A stretch of DNA of 64,000 bases from an uncultured bacterium (GTDB taxonomy: Bacteria; Lernaellota; Lernaellaia; JACKCT01). Where the stretch lies: the NCBI GenBank assembly GCA_964586775.1, contig CAZPJD010000061.1, positions 2,183-66,182 of the forward strand. The letters run 5' to 3'. This document shows, piece by piece, positions 38,419 through 48,001 of the stretch. Made by a program: the position numbers and the translations under genes. Each line of letters opens with the position of its first letter. Positions within the stretch are counted from its first letter, which is position 1. The notes beneath the pieces were generated by a model. The model did not search any database. It saw only the letters and a list, made by a program, of their open reading frames with translations, and was not told the origin of the DNA.

Positions 38419-39456
38419 TCAAAACTGAGTGCTGAAACGCAGATCGCCTTCGAAAAAGTGCCGGATCTCGTCGACGCCGAATTTGAACATGGCGAGACGC
38501 TCGACGCCCATGCCGAACGCAAGGCCCGTCCACTCCTCCGGGTCGTAACCGACATTCGCGAACACGTTGGGGTCCACGAGGCCACTGCCCAGGATCTCTT
38601 TCCATCCCGAGCCCTTACAGACGCGGCATGATCCCTGGGGCCCCTGCCCCGTTCCGTTGCAGATGATGCACGTGACGTCCATCTCCGCCGACGGTTCGGT
38701 GAAGGGGAAAAAGCTCGGCCGAAAGCGCGTCTTGAAGTTCTTGCCGAAGAACCGATGAACGAACTCGTCGAGAATGCCGAACAGGTCGCCCATCGTGACG
38801 CGACGGTCCACGAGCAGACCCTCGACCTGCGAGAACATCGGCGAATGCGATGCGTCGAGGGTGTCCGATCGATAGACCCATCCGGGGCATATCATGCGGA
38901 TCGGCGGACGCGACGAGGTCATCACGCGAATCTGTACCGGGCTGGTGTGCGTGCGCAGCAGAAGATCGTCGCCGACGAAGAGCGTCTGCTGCATGTCCCG
39001 CGCCGGGTGATCGGGCGGAAAATTCAGCGCCGTGAAGTTGTGGTAGTCGTCCTCGACCTCGGGCCCGTCCTCGACGGAAAAGCCCATGCCGCGAAAGATG
39101 CCCACCACCTCGTCGTAGACCTGCGTGAGCGGCGAAAGGTGCCCGCGCGGACGCCGCCGCCCGGGCAGCGTGATGTCCACGCGCGCCGCCTCGAGGGCAC
39201 GGCGCTTTTCGGCGTCGCGAAACACCGCGAGGCGCGCGTCGAGGCGCTCCTCGATCCGCGCGCGAGCGTCGTTGATCGCCGCGCCGAACTTTGGGCGATC
39301 CTCGGGCGCTACGTCGCGCACACCCTTTTGCAGGGCGGTCAGTTCGCCCTTTTTGCCCAAATATTGCACGCGCAGCGCGTCGAGCGCGGCCAGATCGCCG
39401 GCCGACTCGATCGCGCCGAGCGCGGAATCCACCAGTTTGTCGATTTCGCCTGCCAC
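38419..39456 (-). CDS. pheS: Phenylalanine--tRNA ligase alpha subunit.
   Basis: Class II aaRS motifs are present (FPFTEPSAEMDV, GMGVERLAMFK). It contains a CxxC-x9-CxxC Zn-ribbon insertion, as in Bacillus-type PheS. GTG start after AGGAG. Confidence 0.9.
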   Translation of the reverse strand: MAGEIDKLVDSALGAIESAGDLAALDALRVQYLGKKGELTALQKGVRDVAPEDRPKFGAAINDARARIEERLDARLAVFRDAEKRRALEAARVDITLPGRRRPRGHLSPLTQVYDEVVGIFRGMGFSVEDGPEVEDDYHNFTALNFPPDHPARDMQQTLFVGDDLLLRTHTSPVQIRVMTSSRPPIRMICPGWVYRSDTLDASHSPMFSQVEGLLVDRRVTMGDLFGILDEFVHRFFGKNFKTRFRPSFFPFTEPSAEMDVTCIICNGTGQGPQGSCRVCKGSGWKEILGSGLVDPNVFANVGYDPEEWTGLAFGMGVERLAMFKFGVDEIRHFFEGDLRFSTQF

Positions 39457-39471
39457 GGGAGCGCTCCTGGG

Positions 39472-39825
39472 CTAGAGGGCGCGCTTCGCCGCCTCGGCGA
39501 TCTCCGAAAACGCCTTTTTGTCCGACACCGCCAGCTCCGCGAGAATCTTGCGGTCGAGCTCCATTCCGGCGTTCTTCAGACCGTGGATCAGGCGCGAATA
39601 GGTCAAGCCGTTCTCCTGGGCCGCCGCGTTGATGCGGATGATCCAGAGGCGACGGAACTCGCGCTTTTTGACCTTGCGGTCACGATACTGAAACTTGAGA
39701 GCCCGACGGACGGTCTCCTTCGCGACGCTGTAATGTTTCGACCGGGCCTCGCGATAGCCCTTGGCCATCTTGAGGACTTTTTTGTGCCGGGCGTGGGACT
39801 TCGTACCGCCTTTTGCGCGGGGCAT
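39472..39825 (-). CDS. rplT: 50S ribosomal protein L20.
   Basis: The sequence [24 protein letters not shown] is near-identical to the L20 consensus. Confidence 0.95.
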   Translation of the reverse strand: MPRAKGGTKSHARHKKVLKMAKGYREARSKHYSVAKETVRRALKFQYRDRKVKKREFRRLWIIRINAAAQENGLTYSRLIHGLKNAGMELDRKILAELAVSDKKAFSEIAEAAKRAL

Positions 39826-39847
39826 GGGAGGACTCCTTTCTTACGGT

Positions 39848-40039
39848 TCAGCCGAGCAGATTTCGAATACGCGCCGAGTCCGCCTTCGCGAGCGTCGTCA
39901 CGCCCCGGATTTGTCGCTTTCGTTTCGCCGTCTTCTTCGTCAGGATGTGACGGGCGTTGCTGGCCTTGTGCAGCACCTTGCCCGTCGCGCTGAGCTTGAA
40001 GCGCTTCTTCGTCGCCTTGTGGGTCTTGGCCTTCGGCAT
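39848..40039 (-). CDS. rpmI: 50S ribosomal protein L35.
   Basis: MPKAKTHKATKKRFKLSATGKV matches L35. The ATG at 40039 is verified by reverse complement. Confidence 0.9.
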   Translation of the reverse strand: MPKAKTHKATKKRFKLSATGKVLHKASNARHILTKKTAKRKRQIRGVTTLAKADSARIRNLLG

Positions 40040-40118
40040 TTCGTGCTCCGTTTCGTTCACGCAACCGCCCCGCGAGCCCTTCATCGGGTCCGCAACGCCG
40101 TCGCGCCGTGTTTCGCGT

Positions 40119-40634
40119 CTAGTTCTTCTTCGCCTTGGGCGAGAGCACCATGTGCATCGTCCGCCCTTCCATTCGCGCCGAGCTCTCGAGCTGCCCGGCG
40201 TCCTCCGTGTCCCGGATGATTCGATCCAGGTGCGCCTGGCCCAGATTGGCGTGGACGATCTCGCGACCACGGAACATCACGGTCACTTTGACCTTGTGTC
40301 CCTTGCCCAGGAACTCCCGAACGTGCTTGAGCTTCGTCTGATAATCGTGCTCGCCGGTCTTGGGACGGAGTTTGATCTCCTTGAGCGTCACGGTCGTCTG
40401 GCCCTTGCGTCCCTCGTGCTGCCGCTTTTCCTGCTGATACTTGTATTTCCCGTAGTCCATGATGCGGCAAACGGGGGGCCGCGCCTCGGGCGCCACTTCG
40501 ACGAGGTCGAGCCCCTGATCCTGCGAGGCGCGAAGCGCCTGCGGCAGGGACATGATCCCGAGCTGCTCGCCGTCCTGCCCGATCACGCGGATCTGACTGG
40601 CCGTGATCCGATCGTTGATATTCGGCTTTTTAAT
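40119..40634 (-). CDS. infC: Translation initiation factor IF-3, with a non-canonical AUU start codon.
   Basis: Upstream of the ORF-track GTG the frame reads ATT AAA AAG CCG AAT ATC AAC GAT CGG (I-K-K-P-N-I-N-D-R...). This matches the IF3 N-terminus and is preceded by AGGGAGG 6 nt upstream. IF3 genes classically initiate at AUU. Confidence 0.75.
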   Translation of the reverse strand: MKKPNINDRITASQIRVIGQDGEQLGIMSLPQALRASQDQGLDLVEVAPEARPPVCRIMDYGKYKYQQEKRQHEGRKGQTTVTLKEIKLRPKTGEHDYQTKLKHVREFLGKGHKVKVTVMFRGREIVHANLGQAHLDRIIRDTEDAGQLESSARMEGRTMHMVLSPKAKKN

Positions 40635-40651
40635 GACCGCCTCCCTGGAAT

Positions 40652-42577
40652 TCAGTTGATCGTCTTCTCGCTGACCTCGCGACGCACGCGGGCCAAGAAT
40701 TCATCGACCGTGATCGCGCCCAGATTCTCGCCGCCGCGCGTGCGCGGGGCGACCAAACCCGCCTCGGCCTCTTTCTCGCCGATGACAAGCATGTAGGGCA
40801 CCTTCTGCTGCTGCCACTCGCGGATCTTGTAGCCGATCTTCTCGTTGCGGAAGTCCTCTTCGACGCGCACATCCGCATCGCGCAAGGTCTGCGCCACGGT
40901 CTTCGCGTAGTCGATGGCCTTGTCGCTGATCGTTAGCACGACGGCTTGCACCGGCGCGATCCACGTCGGGAACGCCCCCGCGTACTGCTCGGTGAGCACG
41001 CCGATAAAGCGCTCCATCGAGCCCAAAATGACGCGGTGGATCATGACGGGCTGGTGCGGCTTGTTGTCGCTGCCGACGTAGGTGAGCTCGAAGCGCTCGG
41101 GGAGCGTGAAATCGCACTGCACCGTGGCGCACTGCCAGTAGCGACCGAGGCAATCGCGCAGCTTGACGTCGATCTTCGGGCCATAGAACGCGCCATCGCC
41201 CTCGTTGATCTCGTAGGGCAAGCCGAGCCCGTCCAGCGCCGACTTGAGCGCGTTCGTTGCGAGTTCCCAGATCTCGTCGCTGCCCATCGAATTTTCGGGC
41301 CGCGTCGAGATTTCGAGTTTGTAGTCGAACCCGAAGACCTTCATCGCATCTTGTACGAAACGCACGACGCCCTGCACCTCGTCGTTGAGCTGTTCGGGCA
41401 TGCAGATGATGTGCGCGTCGTCCTGCGTGAAGCACCGCACGCGGAACAGGCCGTTGAGCACGCCGGACTTCTCGTGGCGATGCACAACGCCGAGCTCGAA
41501 ATAGCGCTTGGGCAGGTCGCGGAACGAGCGCAGCTTCGTCTTGTAAATCAGCATGTGCGCGAGGCAGTTCATCGGCTTGATGCCGAATTCCTGGTCGTCG
41601 ATCTTCGTGAAGTACATGTTGTCGCGGTAGTGGTCGAAGTGCCCCGAACGCACCCATAGGTCTTTTTTGAGGATCTGCGGACCCATCACGATCTCGTAGC
41701 CGCGCCGGAAGTGCTCGCGCTTCTCCCAATCCTCGATCAGCGTGCGCAGGCGCATGCCCTTGGGGTGATAGATGACGAAGCCCGGCCCCGCCTCTTCGTT
41801 GAACGAGAAAAGGTCCAGCGTCTTGCCGAGCACGCGATGGTCGCGCTTTTTCGCCTCTTCGATGAGATGCAGGTACTCGTCGAGGGCCTGCTGCGTCGGG
41901 AAAGCCGTGCCGTAGATGCGCTGGAGCATCTTATTCTTTTCGTCGCCGCGCCAATACGCGCCGGCGACCGACAGCAGCTTGACGGCCTTGATCGGCTTGG
42001 TGTCCGACAGATGCGGCCCGCGGCACAGATCGACCCAGTCGCCGTGGTAATAGAGCGAGAGCGGCACGTCGCCCAGATCGCGGATGATCTCGACCTTGTA
42101 CGTCTCGCCCATCTTCTCGAACATCGCGATCGCCTCGGACGCGGCGACCTCGACCCGGCGAAACGGAATATTCTTCGCGATCACGGCGCGCATCTCGTTT
42201 TCGATGGCGATCAGATCGTCCTCGGTAAACGGGTGCGCGGAATCGAAATCGTAGTAGAACCCGTTTTCGATGGCGGGTCCGATGGTGACCTGCGTGCCGG
42301 GGAAGAGCTTTTGCACGACCTCGGCCATGATGTGGCTGGTCGAGTGACGCAGCACCTCGAGTCCGTCCTTCGTATCCGCGCCGAAAAACTCCACGTCGCC
42401 GCCTTCGGTGAGGGGCGTGTGCAGATCGCGAATTTCGCCGCGAATCTCGCCGCCCACGCGGGCCGCGATGATGGACGAGGGCTTGTTCGGGCCGAGTTCG
42501 CGCAGCAGATCGCGCAGCGTCGAGCCCTGCGGCAAGACGTACGACGCACCCGCGTACGCGAGGGTGATGTCCGACAT
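40652..42577 (-). CDS. thrS: Threonine--tRNA ligase.
   Basis: Has a TGS domain N-terminus, a class II catalytic core and an anticodon-binding domain. ATG is preceded by GGAGAA. Confidence 0.9.
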   Translation of the reverse strand: MSDITLAYAGASYVLPQGSTLRDLLRELGPNKPSSIIAARVGGEIRGEIRDLHTPLTEGGDVEFFGADTKDGLEVLRHSTSHIMAEVVQKLFPGTQVTIGPAIENGFYYDFDSAHPFTEDDLIAIENEMRAVIAKNIPFRRVEVAASEAIAMFEKMGETYKVEIIRDLGDVPLSLYYHGDWVDLCRGPHLSDTKPIKAVKLLSVAGAYWRGDEKNKMLQRIYGTAFPTQQALDEYLHLIEEAKKRDHRVLGKTLDLFSFNEEAGPGFVIYHPKGMRLRTLIEDWEKREHFRRGYEIVMGPQILKKDLWVRSGHFDHYRDNMYFTKIDDQEFGIKPMNCLAHMLIYKTKLRSFRDLPKRYFELGVVHRHEKSGVLNGLFRVRCFTQDDAHIICMPEQLNDEVQGVVRFVQDAMKVFGFDYKLEISTRPENSMGSDEIWELATNALKSALDGLGLPYEINEGDGAFYGPKIDVKLRDCLGRYWQCATVQCDFTLPERFELTYVGSDNKPHQPVMIHRVILGSMERFIGVLTEQYAGAFPTWIAPVQAVVLTISDKAIDYAKTVAQTLRDADVRVEEDFRNEKIGYKIREWQQQKVPYMLVIGEKEAEAGLVAPRTRGGENLGAITVDEFLARVRREVSEKTIN

Positions 42578-42763
42578 CCGTTCTCCAAAGGACCGCCGAT
42601 GGCGGCGATCCGCAACAGTTCGACCGACGAAGGTCGATTAACGTTCGCGCACGCTCGACCGACTGAAATCCCGCAAGAACGGGTGGCAAGGGACGCCTGG
42701 CCGACGGCGAGGAAAGCCGCGCGGACGCGTCGGGAGCGATCCGAAGACCGCCATTTCAGAAGG

Positions 42764-42840
42764 TGGTAGGCACGGACGGGGTCGAACCGCCGACCTCTAC
42801 CGTGTCAAGGTAGCGCTCTAGCCAACTGAGCTACGTGCCT
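42764..42840 (-). tRNA. tRNA-Val (anticodon GAC), with CCA encoded.
   Basis: Folds on the minus strand: AGGCACG-TA-GCTC-AGTTGGCTA-GAGC-G-CTACC-TTGACAC-GGTAG-AGGTC-GGCGG-TTCGACC-CCGTC-CGTGCCT-A-CCA. Confidence 0.85.
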
Positions 42841-42935
42841 ACACTTTTGCGTTTTGGACGCGCGAATTGTCAAAAGACCGTATCAGGGGCGCTTCTGTAG
42901 CAAAATCCCCATGCGGCGTCAATCTTTACGCGGGT

Positions 42936-43724
42936 TTAGCGGTATTTCGCCGGGTGCTTTTCCAAAAAAGCGGCCAGTCCCTCGCGGCCCTCGGGCCCAT
43001 TCGCCGCATCGGCGAGCCCCAGGCGCTCGCGTTCCATCTGCTCCTCGATGCCGGACGAAAACGACTGGTTGAAGAGACGTTTCGTGCGTCCGATCGCTCC
43101 GACGGGCATCCGCGCGGCGCGTTCTGCGAGGTCCAATGCCACATCGATGACCGCGTCGTCCTCGGCAATTCGGTGGACGAGCCCCAGGCGAAGGGCCTCG
43201 TCGGCGCCGATCCGTTCGTCGAGGATCGCGATCTCCAGCGCCTTCGCCACACCGACCAGGCGCGGCAGCGTGAAGGTGCCCGCGCCGTCGATGCAAAGCC
43301 CATTCGACGTATACGCCTGCTGCAGGAACGCGGACTGCGCCATGACGCGCAGGTCGCAGGCGAGCGCGAGCGAGAATCCGCCGCCCGCCGCCGGGCCGTT
43401 GATCGCGGCGATCACCGCTTTGTCCATCGTGCGGATCTCCTGCACGCACTGATGAAAGATCGCGGCGACCTGATAAAAGCCCTCGCCGGGGCGCTCGGGG
43501 TTCATCGCCACCACCGCGCGCAGGTTGCCACCCGCGCAGAACGCCCTGCCCTCACCGGTCAATACCACGGCGCGCACAGTCGGATCCCTCCCAATGGCGC
43601 GCAGGATGTTTTTCATCTCGGTTATGGTCGCCTCGTCGAAGGCGTTGAATACGCGCGGCTGTCGAAAGGACACAATGGCCACATCGCCACGCCGCTCGCA
43701 GCTCGCCCGGACTTCTTCACTCAT
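42936..43724 (-). CDS. Enoyl-CoA hydratase/isomerase family protein.
   Basis: Crotonase motifs VRAVVLTGEGRAFCAGGNL and ACDLRVMAQSA are present. Confidence 0.8.
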   Translation of the reverse strand: MSEEVRASCERRGDVAIVSFRQPRVFNAFDEATITEMKNILRAIGRDPTVRAVVLTGEGRAFCAGGNLRAVVAMNPERPGEGFYQVAAIFHQCVQEIRTMDKAVIAAINGPAAGGGFSLALACDLRVMAQSAFLQQAYTSNGLCIDGAGTFTLPRLVGVAKALEIAILDERIGADEALRLGLVHRIAEDDAVIDVALDLAERAARMPVGAIGRTKRLFNQSFSSGIEEQMERERLGLADAANGPEGREGLAAFLEKHPAKYR

Positions 43725-43745
43725 ACCGCCGCCCTTTCCGATCGT

Positions 43746-45299
43746 TTACGGGGTTTGTCGTGCTTGAAAAAAAGAAAACTCGCCCTTCGGGGTTTTCAGG
43801 GCAATGACGTCGTAATCGGCCATTTCGGGCCGATCGACGTAGTACGGCGACGGAAAGATCGACGCGAGCGCCTTTTCGCGCGGCCACGCGCGCGGCATGG
43901 GCACCGGCGGATAGGGCAGGATGAATCGGACCTTTCGCTCGAGCGCGACCTCGGGCGCGACGACGCCGAACGAGGTGAATCGCGCCGGGTCTGCCGCGCG
44001 TCCGCGACGGGCGATCTCGACACTGTTGAGGCCCCAGGTGTCGAGTACGCGGCAGTTCGTGAAATACGCAAACGTCCCCGCCACATCCGTCGCAAGTTCA
44101 TCGCTGTCGCGGCACAAAGGCTCGAAAGCGCGGGCCATGTCGATATATCCTGCGACGAGTTCGGCGTTGAAATGGGCCTTTTTCACTTGCGCGTCCGCGT
44201 CCGATCCGATCGGCAGAATCCACTGAACGCTTACGACGCACGCCAACGCGCAAAGGACGATCGCGACGCGAAAAATCGCGGTCGTCTTCGCCCACCACAG
44301 CGAAAATCCCGCGGCCGCCATTGCGAACACCAGCGGCAGCGCGGGGGCGACGAATCGAAAGCCCATCATGGCGTCGCCGCCGACGGCCACGCTCTTTGCG
44401 AGAAACAGCCCGGCGAGGGCGCCGACGAAGACAACGGCGAGCGTGCGACGAAAGTAGAGAAGCGCCGCGCAACCGACCGCGAGGTACTTCAAGCCGAGCG
44501 CGCTATCCGCGCCGCGCAGGTACTTCACGCCTTCGGCAAGGCGCATCGAAAAGGGATACGCGGCGCTCATTTTCGCGACCACCGTGTTTGGCGTCCACGT
44601 GCCGTAGGTCGCGAACGAGGCGTCGACATACACACCGTAGATCGCGAGCGACGCGAGCATCGCCACAGCCGCGCGTCGGTCGCGTCGCCGCCAACCGTCC
44701 CAAGCCACGTAGGCGAGTCCCAGCGCGAACGGAAACATGCCATCGAAGCGCGTGATCGCCGTGAGCGCCAGCACGACGAGCCCGCCGAGCGCGTCGATCC
44801 GCCCGTCGTCGTTCGGCAGCAGACGCCACGCCGCAAACGTCACCAGCGCCGTTTCGAGCATCGTTTCGAGGCCGGAGTTGACGTGCAGCGCGAACATCGT
44901 CGCGAGGGCGGGCATAACGACGCACACCCCCTGACCGACGCGCCCCGCGCCCAGTCGGCGGGCGGCCAGCGGCGTCGTGATGAACAGACTGACGAGCGCG
45001 AAAAACGACACCACCTTCATCGCGACGAGTAGCCGATCCGCACCGATCACCGCATACATCGCGGCGCTGACCATCATCCACAGCGGATTGGAATAGCCGA
45101 TCACGGTTTCGTCGGGGCGATAGAGCGCCCTGCCCGTCTCGACCCAGTGCCGCGCGTAGGCGAACGTGATAAACGCGTCGTCCTGGGCATAAACCCAGAA
45201 CGAACGCACCTGAAACGCGGCAATCGCCGTCGCGACGATCACCAGCGCGGCGAATACCGGCCTCGCGAGCGATTCACGAGCTTCCGGCTCACTCGTCAT
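43746..45299 (-). CDS. Polytopic membrane protein, GT-C-like glycosyltransferase candidate.
   Basis: About 12 predicted TM helices with a first extracytoplasmic loop bearing YAQDDAFITFAYARHW (an acidic DD motif as in GT-C enzymes), plus a ~150-aa C-terminal soluble domain. ATG at 45299 overlaps the upstream lipoprotein stop. Confidence 0.5.
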   Translation of the reverse strand: MTSEPEARESLARPVFAALVIVATAIAAFQVRSFWVYAQDDAFITFAYARHWVETGRALYRPDETVIGYSNPLWMMVSAAMYAVIGADRLLVAMKVVSFFALVSLFITTPLAARRLGAGRVGQGVCVVMPALATMFALHVNSGLETMLETALVTFAAWRLLPNDDGRIDALGGLVVLALTAITRFDGMFPFALGLAYVAWDGWRRRDRRAAVAMLASLAIYGVYVDASFATYGTWTPNTVVAKMSAAYPFSMRLAEGVKYLRGADSALGLKYLAVGCAALLYFRRTLAVVFVGALAGLFLAKSVAVGGDAMMGFRFVAPALPLVFAMAAAGFSLWWAKTTAIFRVAIVLCALACVVSVQWILPIGSDADAQVKKAHFNAELVAGYIDMARAFEPLCRDSDELATDVAGTFAYFTNCRVLDTWGLNSVEIARRGRAADPARFTSFGVVAPEVALERKVRFILPYPPVPMPRAWPREKALASIFPSPYYVDRPEMADYDVIALKTPKGEFSFFQARQTP

Positions 45300-47757
45300 A
45301 GTACTCGAGCGTCGGTTGCCCCTGCACCAGCCGGATGAACCGCTCGATCGGCGGATCGTTCCACGTCTCTTCCGAACCACCCGGCCAATCGACGGTCACC
45401 GAATCGATCTCATCGATCGAGCCGAGCCCGAACTCCACCGGCAGCGACGGACCCGCGCTCGCGTGGCCGCGCCCGCACTGGACCTCGCGGATCTGCGTGA
45501 GCGATCCCGCGACGAGCGTCACCCGCGCGCCGCACGCGCTGGTGTTGGTGCCGACGCCGTCGCCCTCCAGGCGGAACGTCGCCCAGTTGTTGTCCTGGCC
45601 GATCTCGTTTCGCCACAGGTGCACCTGCACGCCGTCGGACCGGCGCGTGACGAGCAGGTCGAGGTCGCCGTCCATGTCGGCGTCGCCCCACGCGTGATTC
45701 GTGCAATCGTGCATGAAGACGCCCGACTCGTAGGTCACGTCCTCGAAGCTGCCGTCCTCCAACTGCCGGAAGAGGCGGCCATAGTGGCCGGTGTAGAGAT
45801 CGGAGACAAACAGGTCGAGGCGGCCATCGTTGTCGAAGTCGGCGAAGCTGCCGTCGATCTCGCCCTCGTCGCGCGCAATGCCGGCCGACGTCGTGATGTC
45901 GGTGAAGGCGAAGTCCGGCGCGCCCGCGTTCAGGTGCAGCACGCTTCCGCCGGTCACGCCCTCGTAGCGCGGGTGCTGAATATTCGATTGATACGCATCG
46001 AGGTCGCCGTCGTTGTCGATGTCGCCGAAGTCGATGCCGAACGACGTTCCGCTCTTGCCGTCGCCGCCTCGCGCGAAGCCTTTGTCCATCGCGACCTCGA
46101 CGAACGTGCCGTCGCCCTGGTTCTCGAACAGGAAATTCGGCGAACCGCCGTAGTTGGCCACGCCGATGTCGGCCCAACCGTCGTTGTTGAAATCACCGAA
46201 CGACGCCCCGTAGGACGGCCTGGCATACGGGTTGATCCCCGAGCCGTCGGAGACGTCCTCGAATGTTCCGTCGCCGTTTCCGTGGAAGAGAATGTCCGGA
46301 TATGACAGCGCGTTGGGGTACTCGACCTCCCAGTTGCCCGCGTAGAGATCGACGATGCCGTCCTTGTCGTAGTCCGCCGCCGTGATCGCCACATGACTGG
46401 GACGACGCGTCACGGCCTCACTATAAAGCGTGACGTCGAAAAGCACGTCCACGCCGTTGTCGGGCACCTCGGTGAACGATCCCAACCCGTCCCCCAGCAG
46501 GATCGTGGAGTAGTAGTCGAGCACGTCGTCCTGCGGCGTGTTGACGCCCAGATAGGCGTCGAGATTGCCGTCGTTGTCGAAGTCCGCCAGCAGCGCCACG
46601 CCCGCGCCCCAGCCGTTGAGCCCGGATGCGTCCGTGATATCGGTGAAGGTGCCTTCGTCGTTCAGGAAAACCGAAAACCCGTTCTGGTCGTACCCGCCGG
46701 TCGAGACGACCACGTCGTCCCATCCGTCGTTGTTGATGTCGGCCCACACCGTGCGTTGTCGGTGCAGATCGGGACCGAGATCGACATCTTCGGTGGCGTC
46801 GGAGAACCACTTGTCCTCCTGCCGGCAGAAATAGTTGCCGTGGGCGCGGACCATGTAGTTGTGCTGCGGGTTGCCGTGCGTCCACGGGGAGTTCTGAATC
46901 GCCCAGTCCTGATCCCAAAAAGCGCTGCGGTAGTCGTTTGTCAGGTCGTCCTGGCCCAGGTAGGGATACTTCTGGAGGTGTTCATAGACGATCCAGAACG
47001 GCTCGTCGGGTTCGCGGATGAAGTCCCACTGCGGCATCGGCAGCTCCGACCATTCTGCGTCGGCCGGGATCGCGGCGCGGAAGGGATCCGCCAGATCGCC
47101 ATCGACCACGAACACCGAGCCCAGCAGGTCGGGCACGATGCGCACGTTGACGTCGCCGCAGTCGTTGTAGAAATAGAACTCCAGGCTCTTCAAATGGAAG
47201 GGATGCTCCGGCGTGAACCGGACGCCTTCCATCGATCCATCGTCCCAGCCCGTGCTGCCGGTCGTCTGGGTGTCGCTCGAATATTGGAGCGTGACTTCCT
47301 CGAAAGCCTCAGGGTCGGCCGCGTCGGGGCAACGGGCGGCGTAGAGTTCCGCGTCCGTCATCTCCGGCGTTTCGGGTTCCACGTCCACGAGCGTCGGCTC
47401 GTCCGCGCACTCGTAGGTCGTGTCGTCATCCGCGTCATCATCCACGTCGTCATCCGTGTCGTCGTCGGAACCGAGTCCCAAGCAGGAGGCGACCTCATCG
47501 CATGATGAGGCACTCTCGACGCAGGCGATCACTCCGGCGTCCGCCGACGCCACATACGCTTCACAATCGGCGACCGACGAAATTCCCAGTTCGCCGCCGA
47601 ATCCGCATTCGGCGACCCGCGCGCAGAAGGCATCTGCGGAACCGCCGCCGTCATCGTCATCGTCGTCGTCCCCGCCGGCGCAGGCCGAAAGGATCGTCGC
47701 CAGGGAGATCAGAAGAACCGCCATCCATCGCCGGGAACGCCATTTCAACATGGTCAT
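45289..47757 (-). CDS. FG-GAP repeat / ASPIC-UnbV (CRTAC1-family) lipoprotein with a Cys-rich N-terminal module and poly-Asp tracts.
   Basis: Lipobox LSAC, followed by D7 and DDDTDDDVDDDADDD tracts and six Cys in 55 aa. The body has repeated FG-GAP-like DxDxDGxxD motifs (DFDNDGNLD, DFNNDGWAD, DFDNDGRLD, DADMDGDLD). The C-terminal UnbV_ASPIC-like segment reads NNWATFRLEG...CGARVTL...GRGHASAG. ATG at 47757 is preceded by GAGG. Confidence 0.75.
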   Translation of the reverse strand: MTMLKWRSRRWMAVLLISLATILSACAGGDDDDDDDGGGSADAFCARVAECGFGGELGISSVADCEAYVASADAGVIACVESASSCDEVASCLGLGSDDDTDDDVDDDADDDTTYECADEPTLVDVEPETPEMTDAELYAARCPDAADPEAFEEVTLQYSSDTQTTGSTGWDDGSMEGVRFTPEHPFHLKSLEFYFYNDCGDVNVRIVPDLLGSVFVVDGDLADPFRAAIPADAEWSELPMPQWDFIREPDEPFWIVYEHLQKYPYLGQDDLTNDYRSAFWDQDWAIQNSPWTHGNPQHNYMVRAHGNYFCRQEDKWFSDATEDVDLGPDLHRQRTVWADINNDGWDDVVVSTGGYDQNGFSVFLNDEGTFTDITDASGLNGWGAGVALLADFDNDGNLDAYLGVNTPQDDVLDYYSTILLGDGLGSFTEVPDNGVDVLFDVTLYSEAVTRRPSHVAITAADYDKDGIVDLYAGNWEVEYPNALSYPDILFHGNGDGTFEDVSDGSGINPYARPSYGASFGDFNNDGWADIGVANYGGSPNFLFENQGDGTFVEVAMDKGFARGGDGKSGTSFGIDFGDIDNDGDLDAYQSNIQHPRYEGVTGGSVLHLNAGAPDFAFTDITTSAGIARDEGEIDGSFADFDNDGRLDLFVSDLYTGHYGRLFRQLEDGSFEDVTYESGVFMHDCTNHAWGDADMDGDLDLLVTRRSDGVQVHLWRNEIGQDNNWATFRLEGDGVGTNTSACGARVTLVAGSLTQIREVQCGRGHASAGPSLPVEFGLGSIDEIDSVTVDWPGGSEETWNDPPIERFIRLVQGQPTLEYYDE

Positions 47758-47912
47758 CAACCTCGAAAACTCGCCCCATTCGGGCGACCGAAGAATAGCG
47801 CCGCGGGCGCGATGCCGCAACGCGGGACGCCCGCCGCGATCGCGTGGTCGAGACCGACGGGATTCAGCCCGATCTTCGGCCCCGATCGGCGATTCCCGCG
47901 CGCGAAACGACG

Positions 47913-47941
47913 TTGACGCAACCACGCGGACTCCCTAATAT
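47913..47941 (+). promoter_or_regulatory. Sigma70-like promoter (TTGACG-N17-TAATAT) facing the HEAT/glycan operon.
   Basis: Read directly: -35 TTGACG at 47913-47918, a 17-nt spacer, and -10 TAATAT at 47936-47941. Confidence 0.45.
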
Positions 47942-48001
47942 TTTTCGGCTTTATCCTCGCGGCGGGCCTTGTCCCGCGATGACACGGGAAATGCGGCATC
48001 C

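Noticed and set aside
40586-40586. GTG at 40586 as the infC start, as given in the ORF track.
   Set aside because: The upstream in-frame sequence encodes a conserved IF3 N-terminus, beginning at an ATT that has an AGGGAGG RBS. AUU initiation is the established norm for infC.
45316-47505. Plus-strand 329-aa and 370-aa ORFs.
   Set aside because: They are antisense to the FG-GAP lipoprotein gene and have no motifs.
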